This document shows, piece by piece, positions 53,542 to 64,000 of a stretch of 64,000 nucleotides of DNA. Each line of letters begins with the position of its first letter. The first letter of the stretch is position 1. Source of the DNA: Dimorphilus gyrociliatus (taxonomy: Eukaryota > Animalia > Annelida); the NCBI GenBank assembly GCA_904063045.1, contig CAJFCJ010000012.1, positions 558,001 through 622,000 of the forward strand. Reading direction: 5' to 3'. Made by a program: the position numbers and the translations under genes. Below the pieces are notes generated by a model, which saw only the letters and a program-made list of their open reading frames with translations, was not told the DNA's origin and did no database searches.

Positions 53542-55884
53542 TTACAACTTCCAGCAATTTCTCATCATTAAATCGAACTGGATATCCTTGTCGAAATTGG
53601 AACTTATACCTCTGTAGTAGTCGAGGAATTCTTTCCATGTTACCTATAATTAAAATCAATATTAGTATTTTAATGTATCAATTAGTGAGAAAACTCCAGA
53701 AACGATAACTACTACTTACTGTCTCATCCAGAACACCTCCTTGTTGAAAATTATTTAAGAATTCTTTATAGACTCTGTTTGCACTCCACTCTCCCGATAT
53801 GTACTTTGGATGCTTTTTATACTCATATTGTCTCTTTAAATCCTCTATAGTAATAACTCCATCACCAGTAACATCTAGTTTTTGGAAAGCTTTCTCAATC
53901 AATTTGATCCTGCCATCACTCATGTTAGGCTGTTTAAATTTACAAAAATTGTTCAAATTAGTTCTCAACAAATAGTGAACGTTTACAAAGGCCAATAAAA
54001 CATTTATTTTATATATATAAATGTATATATATAAAATTTTATCACTAAAAGGAAAAAAATTGATCAAACCCTGATTTTTTCAATGAATTCGTTAACACTG
54101 ATGTGACCACTTTTATCCTTATCGAAATATGAAAACATCTCAGTGATGTCTCCCTCGCTAATGTTGACTCCATAGTCGTGTATTCCCTGAAAAAGATGAA
54201 GAATTTAAGCGAAAGTCCAACAAAGTAACGTAATAGATAACATATAAATATATATATACAGTATATATAGTGTACGCTTATTGGGGTAATTCTATAAACG
54301 TTTAATTAAACAATAAATTATTGATTAACGGTAGTAAATGTAAAGGAAAATTTTCGAAACATAGGTGCCTATCCTACTGTTATTTTATTTATAAATGATT
54401 ATATTTGTATAGAAAACTGCCAAAACTATACAGTACCTTTTTATATGTATAACAATAAAAATTTTAGAAAGACTTTATTAAAGTCTTTAAGCTTCTATTG
54501 TGGAAAAATAAAAAGATATACAGTATATCTAGATAAATTTAGGTATATTAATGGATATTCTGTACATTTAAAAGTAATGAATTATACAAAGGCATTCAAT
54601 TTTTATCTATATATTATTCAAGTATTCCTATTATATTCTATAATTGTTAGAAAGTATAAAATAAAACAGAAGAAAATAAATGAATTCAACTATAATTCAT
54701 TACTATTTATTAGCTTTTATTTATTTTCCTACTTTCTGCAAAGTGCCATGATTCTATTAATTCGTAAACCGACAACTTTATTATAAGATAATTCTAATAA
54801 GATTAGTATTTATTCTTGAACACGTTTTACTAAATAATATCTTACAGTTGGGTAAGCTTTTTCCTGTGTCAGAATACATATTCGCTTATATTAATATAAG
54901 AATATATAGCGTTTAGATATCTTATAAAGTGTATAAAACACGTATCACCGAGATTCGTCATGTAATCTCTAGTATGTCGTGATTTTTAACAATTGTTAGT
55001 ATAACGATTAGAATATCTATCTTAAGCCTATATGCTACCTTTTATACAGCTGCTTTTAAAGAGTTTTTATTAACTTAATTAAAGGTTTGACAGTTTATTG
55101 ATTAAGATTCTATAAGATATCTATAGCTTTACCTTATTAAAATCCTAATGACTAGTTTTATGAATTAAATTCAATAACTAAATAAAAAAGAGATAGAAAT
55201 TTCTATTCAAATGCTAATAGTATACACCTTTATCTTCAATATGAAAGAGAGAGAAAGGCTGATGGACAAAAAAAGACTGATGTTCTAGGCTATAATCTTA
55301 TATGAATTGTTAACTATAAGACTAACTATTTGTCTTTCTAACTCATGGCCAAAAATTGTAAATATATGCCATTTTTTGTCAATAGATAAATTGCATTTCT
55401 ATATTGCATAAGACAGAACAAAGAAATGCAGGAGAAGAGGAAGTAGCAGGGAATGATGGGAATATATTTAGAGAAACAGTCCGTGTTTTTCTAATGAGAG
55501 ATGGAAGAAGGATTGCAAGGGAGAGATTTAAAAACAATATATTATACCTTTCCAAATTCTTCTCTACTCAAATATTTGCTGCCATCGTCATCATAGATTC
55601 TAAATGTTCTGTATAGAAAATAACCAATAATTATTATTTAAAGCATATGGTACAGTTTTTTTTCTGGGCTGTTGGAAGCAGTACAGTCTATTATAGAGAA
55701 AGAAATTTTATCGAAGCAATTTTTCCACAGTTAGACATAAAAAATGTTGATAAATTTAAAGGAAAACCTTTGTATATATTAGTAAATACTAATGTACAAA
55801 CCTAGATAAGCTTCTAATGCCATTTACACCTCTTTTTTTACAAGCGTCTCTCAAAAGCTGAACGCCAGCAGGCTCAGTTTCCAT
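53542..55884 (-). CDS. CAPSL: Calcyphosine-like EF-hand protein, 190 aa. Exons 55884-55802, 55608-55548, 54186-54070, 53929-53720, 53643-53542
   Basis: LRDACKKRGVNGIRSLSRTFRIYDDDGSKYLS, FDKDKSGHISVNEF, LDVTGDGVITIEDL, HPKYISGE and VTWKEFLDYYRGIS...FDLMMRNCWKL are calcyphosine-family hallmarks. Confidence 0.95.
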
Positions 55885-56940
55885 GTTTGTTGTATTGATT
55901 AATTCGGTTACCTGGTTCGTCGCCGACTGCTTATTGTATGAAAATTCTGTAATAAAAACTTCGTATACTGCACCTGTGCTATAACCTCTTAAAATCAATA
56001 GGCTTATTTCTAGTTGTATACACTTGAACACTATTATAGTATGTAATGAACTTTTTACAGACAAGTCTTTTGTATTATAATATGCTGTTTCTTAAGTGTT
56101 TGAACCAATGTTATTGTTTATCAGAATTTAAATATCCTAGCAACTATGGGAGTGTCTTTCAGAACGTTACATCCCATCAATTATTGATTTTTTTTCTTTT
56201 GCAAAAAGTGTTTCTTTATCGATTTACTTTTCTTATGATTTATTGCTATATGCCGATTCGCCAGTAGTTGTCTAACAAAAACCTACAAAAAAGGCTAGTC
56301 TTCTAGCGGAGGGGAACAGGAGGCGTCAATTCTCCTTAGAAATACGCCAGATGTCGTTATTTGCTTTTTTCTATCTCATACTCGATAATAATAAATACTA
56401 ATAGAGAAGCTTTTAATTATGAATTGTTAGTAAATTAGTCATTAAATTTAATAAACAAAGCACAGCAAAAACTAGTAATATATTAATCTTCTTTGTGCTA
56501 TTTTATAGCCATTTTAAAAATATTAGTAATATATATATATAAATAAATGACGTATGAAAACTTACATAACTGTATAAATAGTTAGTATTTTATATTCGAT
56601 AAAGTAGATTATATGTTTAATTTCTTTGTTTTTTTTTAATATTAAAATTGCTAGTGCTGCTGTTGCTGTTACGGCTGTGAACTCTATTACTACTACTGCT
56701 GTTTTTTATTTTCATCTCTTTTCTACAATTTTGAACATTGAATATTTGTAATTGACATTTCTTTATATATATATATATAAATATATCATCTTTTAAAAGC
56801 AGCCTCATTCAAGCTGATGCTTCTTTTTACGATTTACAACAATAAACATTCACAGTTTGAATACTTAATAAAGGAATACATTTAAAAATGTAATAGTAAT
56901 TATAAAAGTTACTAGTTGGAGAATAAAGGATGACGAGAAG

Positions 56941-56980
56941 GAAGAAGAAGATGAAGAAGAAGAAGAAGAAGAAGAAGAAG
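56941..56980 (+). repeat. (GAA)n trinucleotide repeat
   Basis: Direct reading. It lies about 150 nt downstream of the SLC46-like stop. Confidence 0.95.
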
Positions 56981-57126
56981 ATAAAGCAGAAGAAAATTCA
57001 ACGGATAAATATCTTTTAATTCTTTTAGTTCATAAAATTTGAACATACTTTTAATTTAAAAGCCCTATTATAGGAAGAAATTATTATAACTTTATTATTT
57101 TTGATAGAAGAAACCTCAATAATTCT

Positions 57127-59171
57127 CTATATATTCCCTTTATTTACAAGATCTTTAGTGTTTGTCTGCTTAGTCGCTCCAATATGTCTTCTCTCAGTCT
57201 TACTTAACATCAACCATCTTGTACCGAATTGGGCTGCAATTAAGTTTAGAGCCATGAAGCCAAAGAGTACAACAAAAGCACACTTAGACCAAACATTAAC
57301 CGTTACTGCATAAATTGCCAAACTGATAGAAACTCCTAACAATGTTGATAGGTGAGAAGCTGCCAGACTGACAGCCAACAGTTTACCAATCTCATCACTA
57401 TCAACTAATTGGGTACAAGCTCCTCTAATGGTTGATAGAACTCCCCCACCACCAGCTCCGATTAGTGTAGCTAAGAAAAGAGTCCAGGTACTAGTAGCAC
57501 CCCACCAAATAACCAAAAGTTCCAACGACTTGCAGAATATGCCAGTTAGAATAATCTTTCTATCATCCACACCTTTAGACTGAAGTGTAGGAAGGATTAA
57601 TATACAGACTATCGCTAATCCTCCGAACGTAGCTGCTCTCCAATAACAATAAGTAGCCCTTTTTAAATATTTAGTAATTAAATATTTGACCAAAACCTGA
57701 CAATATTAACGTTAAATAGATTTAATTATCGAATTTTAGAATAATTCTTATAAATATTTAAAGAGGGAGACTTTGTCCATAGCAATGGTTTTCTTCTACA
57801 AAAGACAAGAACTAATTCTTCGGTAGCTGAAATGCAAGATTTATGAACACATCCCATGAAAATAAGCAACCAAAGCGCGTGTTTTCCTTCTCTTTCCTTT
57901 CTCAGAGTCTCAAAAGTTTTCTTTGCTTCGCTCATTTCACAGCCGTTACTCTTCTCATGCTCTTCTCTCTTAGAAAAAACTATGGACAAAACTGTCCCTA
58001 AGATTAATACCAACACAACGATATAAACTGATCCTCCACCATCGTAATCAACTAATGAAGCTGCTAATAATGAGCCGAATAAATTAGCTACATTTTGCAC
58101 ACCTGAGAATAATGTATAATTTCTTAGCCATCCAATAAAACCAATATTCTAATTGGTCAATACACAAACAATGTAAATGATACAAATTAGCTATGTCTAT
58201 AATTAATATAGTTTAACTAATCATGAAAAGAGATGCAACAAATTGAAACTTTTCTGTTTGTCTTTTAACACGTTTTCCTTTCTTTCTCTCTCTTTCTCTC
58301 TCTCTCTCATTATTAATATAGACTAGTTGTTTGTTTTTCTCATTTAAATGACAATAGGTCCTTTCTAAGGTAAAAATTAAAAAAGAAACAATAGTCATAT
58401 TTGAAATATTCAATAGGGAAAGAAGAGGAAAATGGAAAAAGAAGAAAAGTAAGTATTTCTAAGGAAAAGGATTAGAAAATTTCATATTTTAATATTCCAT
58501 TAAAGTTCAAAATTATGTTTTCCACGAAAATTTCCCTCTTTACTTCTAAATAGATGTACTGACGCCAAACTAAATGTTTTCTTTATATTTGATACTCTAG
58601 TAATTTTTTATCTTTGTACATTTTATTCTTAAAGTTAATCTCTTAAGAAATTACACATACCCTCCATAACATTATATCTCTTTGTTCTATTATCTTCTCC
58701 TATTCTATCGGCAAGATATCCAAAACAGGCTACACTTAGCAAAAATCCAGGTGCTAAACTTCCTTGAACAAATCCACTTATCAGTAACGGAATGCCATAA
58801 CTTTTTCCCAGAATAGCTGTATCTACCATTGCTAAAATTGAAGAAATAACAGTACCAAAACATACCATTAACATTGGAGTTCTTCTACCAATTTTATCAC
58901 TGCTAGCCCCAAAGATTATCCCTAGAATGAGTGTAGGAATTTCCAAGCAAGTTTTATATCCCATAAGATAAGTAGAAGATCTGGCTTGTAAAAGTTTATT
59001 ATTTATATTATCACTTGAACAGTTAACTCTATCAAGTAAGTCCCAACACGATCGTTCATAGAGTAGAAGTTTAGTAACTGGCTCCTTAGCCTTATCAGCG
59101 GTATCGTAAAAGAATAGAACAATTTCCGCCAAATATGAGGAGAGAAAATCACTAATACATGCCCAAGTCAT
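57127..59171 (-). CDS. SLC46 (PCFT/HCP1-like) MFS transporter, about 457 aa. Exons 59171-58661, 58102-57772, 57658-57127
   Basis: GASSDKIGRRTPM (MFS motif A), FGYLADR, PLLWTKATYCYWRAA (gap-free match to PCFT-type PLCWDSKLIGYGSAA) and IRGACTQLVDSDEIGKL. The second intron has a non-consensus GTCTCC donor (see findings). Confidence 0.85.
57657..57767. mobile_element. 111-bp MITE-like element with 17-bp terminal inverted repeats and a 2-bp AG target duplication, inside the SLC46 coding sequence
   Basis: Left end ccctttttaaatattta; right end taaatatttaaagaggg (reverse complement ccctctttaaatattta, 16/17 identical). AG occurs at 57655-57656 and 57768-57769. Confidence 0.65.
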
Positions 59172-62100
59172 TTCCTTGAACAAAATAACTGTTTATAATC
59201 TAAACGATGAAATATGCACAGCTATTGTTTTGTTGAATGAACTTTTGCGAATGATGATAATAATATAATGTCTTCATAATAATATAATTATGCTGACATT
59301 AAATATTATAATAAATTAGTATATATATATATATATATGTCTATATATAGATATATATATAAAAACAGTATATATATATATATATGTATATATTTATATA
59401 TATAAATTTTATTCATATATATTATATATAAATATTCAAATTCTTATTATGCAAACCTCCACGCTTTATAAAAATGTCTTCAGTATATTTAAATAGCTTC
59501 AATATTCAATGTCTATGACTACGGCATAATAAATCTATTATTATATGGTAATTTCATTCGCGTATTACATTAAATATGATTACTATCCTTCACCAGAAAT
59601 TTATTTAAGTAAGATAAATCCTTCGATGTCTTAAACGATCAAGAAATTAGAGAGGATGTCTCTACATGTAAAAGACAAAAAATAGATGAAACTGAAGTTG
59701 ATAAAAAATAATAATCCTTTGAGAATTATTTCCTATCAGATTATCGTCAAAAAGGGAAGCAGTAAGGGTTTACTAGAGAATTAATATTTACATATACGAA
59801 TAGTTATTGCTTGATAGAAAATTTATAGACATTTTTTTACTCCAACACAAGTAAACATAGGAAATAAAGTAAAGTCAATCAGAACTTAGTAATTTATTAT
59901 ATGCCTCCTACTCTTGTTTAAACAACTTTCTCATAGTTTTCTTTGTTTCTATTGTCTTTAACAAGTCTTCAGGCATAATATAGTAAATTTTTTCTCCTAT
60001 ACCAGTTTATAGAGCATATGTTGATTATATCTAATTAAATTTGAATGAGTACTAAAATATCAGACATGTCTTTTTTTACAAAAAAAACAAAGGTAGATTG
60101 ATCATGTTTCATATTCATTGCTGTACTATGAATATCGATGTATTAAATAAATGAATATTATACAGATGTACAACATATACTCACTATAAATACAGTATAT
60201 ATTAGTATGCGTGCGTATGTTACATCTTTTGTTACTACTTTTCTTGTTTCTTATTTTAACGAATTGTAGAGTTCTCATACTTAATAAATAAAAATAATCA
60301 GGCCTCTCATTATTGCCCTTCTCAGCTAATATACTAAAAAGAAATTTAAGAGGAGAAAGTTTTTTATAACCCTTTGAAGATTAACTAGTAGATTTCCTAA
60401 GTTTCATCCCTCTTGAGACTCTTTACGTATTAAATAGAAAAAAAAAAGCATTTTTCTACAAAGGTATTATTTTAGAAAAAAGTAGTAATACTTGTTTTCT
60501 ATGTACTTTTACATTTCTATTCATAGACGGTTAATTCTATATATCCTTCGTGTATTTACAAATTTATCTTTTTCCTCTAAACGGAATATCTATATTCTTT
60601 ATATATCTTTTTCTTTTCAAGGAAATATGAGTAAACTGCAAATTAATAGGTCAACTATAACAATAAGAACTCTAAATGTTATATTTCTTCAAAGAAAACT
60701 TTAATGAAATTTGTCTATTTTTATAAAAAATATGTCTGTTGGATAGTTTTAGTATAGAAAGAATATTCTATTCAATATCATTCTGTAGCTGTTCAATAAG
60801 ATAACAAGAAATATATATACATATATATATATAAATTAGTATATACTGTATATACTATAAATACAGTTGACAATTTGTTACAAATGTAAAATATGATTCA
60901 TAAAATCAAAATCTAAATATAAATAGTCTGTTTTTTCAGTTTTCTAAAATCTTGCTATAATCATACATATTGTCTTTCTCTAGCTATTTTTAACATTTAC
61001 AATATTAGTGATTGTTTTATAATTATTACTATTGTTAATAATTAGCTAAATACACTGATAAATAATTAATATATATATATATATATACATAGATTTTTCA
61101 CATTTAATATACTTTAATTGCTTATTTGTTTGTTTTTTTTTTCTAATTTATCACCAAGCTTTTTAATTTATATTTCAAGTAGTATTATTCTAATGTTAAC
61201 TATACTCCATAAGTCTATCAATTGATTCATTAACCAAGAGCAAGTGATTTATTTATTATAATCTTTTTTCAACAATGATATGTATATTTCATTTTTATAT
61301 CTTGAAATATTAATGATTCCAAGTACTTAACTCAATGTAATATACACGAAACAATCAAATACCATATATGATAATTAATTACACTGCTCTTTGTTAAATT
61401 CGCCATCTATTGGTCATTTTAAATGTAGTTGTATTTGTTGAGAATAAATACAATATTCTTTAGTTATCCTTTAAAAGGATGCTTTTATAATGGACATTTT
61501 ATTTCTTCGCATTCCCAAAAGCTTTTATTCGTATGACGCACAGTGAAGTAGATGATTGTGCTGACTAAGCCAATATGAAGAAAATTCTTTCTTTTCCTAA
61601 TAAATTATTAATATGTAAATTAATTTTCTAATAAAACAAATGAAATGTGTTGACAACCCAATAAAATATATCACGTAACTGGTAAATATGTATATGTTAG
61701 GAAGCATAACATAAGATATTCACTATAAGGGTATATACTGTTCACAGGAAGCTAAAGTCACCTGTAGGGCACTAAGAGCTAAAAACAAAAAAACTTAGAA
61801 TGACTACAAAATTTCCAAAGAATCTATTAATTAAAAGGGCAAAAGTAAGAATTTAATCTTATTTTTAAAGTAATAAAGCATAAATAATTTATGCCAATAA
61901 TTCCCTTCCTCAATAATTTAAAACAGTATTCTGTGAGAATATTTACAAGCAAACCATCATCTTTAATAAACTACACGAAAGATAATTAAGTTTTAATTAA
62001 ATAACGTTATTGACACTTTAGATAGGAGGTCAGTTTTTTTCGAAACACTCTTCAATAAGTCAAGAGAATTAAATGGGAGTTACTTAATTATTCTAAAAAT

Positions 62101-63295
62101 CTAATTTAACATTCTTAATGACATAGCCTTTTGAAAAAAAACACTATGGAAGTGGTATTAAATTAAATTTAAAAGAGAAGATATTTAAGTATGAGGGAGT
62201 GGGTAGGAGAGGAGAGTTCGGAAGACTCTAGCAAAAGAAAATGCAGTTTACGAAAACTTTCGGTAGATGGCGATATTTAACAAGATATTTTTGAGTTTTC
62301 TCTCTCTTCCTTTTCAAGTGATAACTAAGATAATACTTCTGTATTCACATTATTCCATTCGAATAGCTATCAATTTACTATAGTATCTATAAACAGGTGT
62401 CTTATTAGACTAAAATTTTAATAAATTAGCTGACAATCTCATTAGCTAATATATATTAATAAAGTATGAAAAATATTTCAGCAATCATTTCACCAGGCAC
62501 TTTAAATTTTTTCAATTGCCTAGCTTTACAAAAAAAGCAACAACAAAAGAAAGAAACACCTGCCATTCGAAATGAATTATTCAAAATTACCGTTTTATCA
62601 TAGTTTATTGTTTTTAATTAGTTCAGTAAGTATTAATTATAAAGATAATAAATAGAAAACAAATATTATATAGTCTATCTTTGATCTTTCTTATGTTAGA
62701 TAACATTCACTTGTTAGTTCTTATTCTAATTTATTCGTTTTTTAACGACTGTTCCATTTAGATTATTAATATCTATAGAAGAGAAATTACACATCAAGCA
62801 AAATATTGAACAAGTAGTTTTCCAAGGTCCTTAAGTGCGAAACACTTTTTACCTTTCTAAAACATTTCAATTAGCGAAGAATTCTTGGCAAACATTATAT
62901 AGAGATAAAGGTCAAAAGCAAGAAGAATCCGGGATCTTTAACCAGGCTTCAGTGATTTTTAATCTAATTGGCGATAATCAATACCCCACTAACTTCAGCT
63001 TAGGCACTATAATAATTCATCATAAATCAAATTTCTTCACTTATTTTCCTCTCTTATTGGATGATGTAATCAGAAAAATAATCTATTGTAGAACTATGTA
63101 ACATCCGTACAACGAACAATAACCAATCAATTGCGTAAGAGTTTATCTTACGCAATCTATAATAATATATTGGAATGGAACAAATCATTTTTTTTCTTAC
63201 TTGTTCCTTGTCTTAAGAAGAACTACAAAATAATTGCAAAAGAATGTATATTATTTCCCATCTAAATAACTATTTACAACATGTCCCATTAATAT

Positions 63296-63658
63296 TCATG
63301 ACTCTTCTTGTCCATTTTCCATGTTCTCCATAAGATGAATTTCCACTTCATAGTGATCGTTATTATTACTATTATTATTCCCACAATCAGATGACTCGTC
63401 ATCTTCTCTATATAATAACAAAAATATAATCGAGTTGATCCTTGTTGACCCCTAAAAATTAATTTCAATAGGAAAAAGTAATAATAACCTTGAACAATCC
63501 ATACACATCTTCAGCATTACAATAGCTAAAAATAATATAAATAATAGGGTCATAACAAATAAAAACGTGTAAAGTCCAAATTGAAAAGCCTGCAAAAATC
63601 TTTTAATTAATAATTATTACAATTAAAAGGATTATTATAGAAAATATCAACTTACCAT
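63296..63658 (-). CDS. Single-pass membrane microprotein, 71 aa. Exons 63658-63656, 63589-63489, 63407-63296
   Basis: ATG|gtaagt, ttttgcag|GCT, AG|gttatt and atatag|A give MAFQFGLYTFLFVMTLLFILFLAIVMLKMCMDCSREDDESSDCGNNNSNNNDHYEVEIHLMENMENGQEES*. Confidence 0.7.
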
Positions 63659-64000
63659 TATTTCTTTTCTAATTGTAATTTTCTAATATTTTTTCAAAAG
63701 GTTACGTAATAAAAAAATCAGAAGAATTAGCAAGAGAAAAAAATCCTTCTCTAACTTTCTCTCTCACCTAGAAAATCGTCGAAAATAGAGTTTTAACAAA
63801 AAAAATCCAGTATATATGTATACCATGTAACTCTGTCGGACTTCTCTCTTAAATGGACTTGGAGAAGTTATTAGAGAGACTCCACGCAAACTACTAGCTG
63901 AGAAAGAGAAATCATTTTAAGACTCTTTCGCTGGGTAAACTATTTCCTTAACGTCTTTTTTTAGCGGTTACGAATAATTATATTATAGGTATTTTTTTCA

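Noticed and set aside
59614-59711. Terminal-exon-like segment KSFDVLNDQEIREDVSTCKRQKIDETEVDKK*
   Set aside because: Only a weak upstream donor and no recognisable domain.
249-60704. Dozens of 60-125 aa ORFs in the supplied track rich in I/Y/F/L/S or R/E (for example 2777-2974, 6214-6396, 13238-13483, 25943-26215, 27791-28048, 54445-54786)
   Set aside because: They are translations of (TA)n, (CT)n and (GT)n tracts or AT-rich DNA, many with non-ATG starts, and show no domain signal.
62835-63101. 88-codon plus-strand ORF
   Set aside because: GTG start directly after a stop, no acceptor in frame and no recognisable motif.
1-64000. CRISPR arrays, tRNA, rRNA, snRNA, conserved miRNA hairpins, prokaryotic operons or defence systems
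   Set aside because: No repeat-spacer arrays, T-loop/anticodon cloverleafs or recognisable structural-RNA sequences were seen by eye, and the genes carry spliceosomal introns. An Infernal/Rfam scan would be needed to exclude small ncRNAs.

Overview
AT-rich (roughly a quarter GC by eye) eukaryotic, almost certainly animal, genomic DNA with compact genes and many 55-110 nt GT-AG introns. Protein motifs point to a lophotrochozoan; a small-genome annelid is a guess. No CRISPR, rRNA or tRNA was seen. I assembled exon chains by hand with phase-consistent junctions. Recognisable genes: a partial nicotinic acetylcholine receptor alpha-type subunit, a gustatory-receptor-like (7tm_7) gene, a reticulon with alternative first exons, a ZnT/SLC30 zinc transporter, a 15-exon neutral ceramidase, a calcyphosine-like EF-hand protein and an SLC46-type MFS transporter. 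Uncharacterised genes, several hidden from the ORF track by introns: an HNF1/HMBOX1-like HTH protein, a 132-aa single C2H2 finger protein, a His/Cys-rich membrane protein, a multi-amphipathic-helix (AKAP-like) protein and a 71-aa membrane microprotein. Most interesting: (1) a 111-bp inverted-repeat element with a 2-bp target duplication sits in the SLC46 coding sequence and appears to be spliced out as a new intron (introner-like); (2) TA-CAG-TA / TA-CTG-TA motifs are abundant, many inside (TA)n tracts, matching Tc1/mariner excision footprints; (3) an AGATGGCG (CTCF/YY1-like) motif recurs far above chance. All homology statements come from recalled family motifs, not database searches, and all counts are hand counts.
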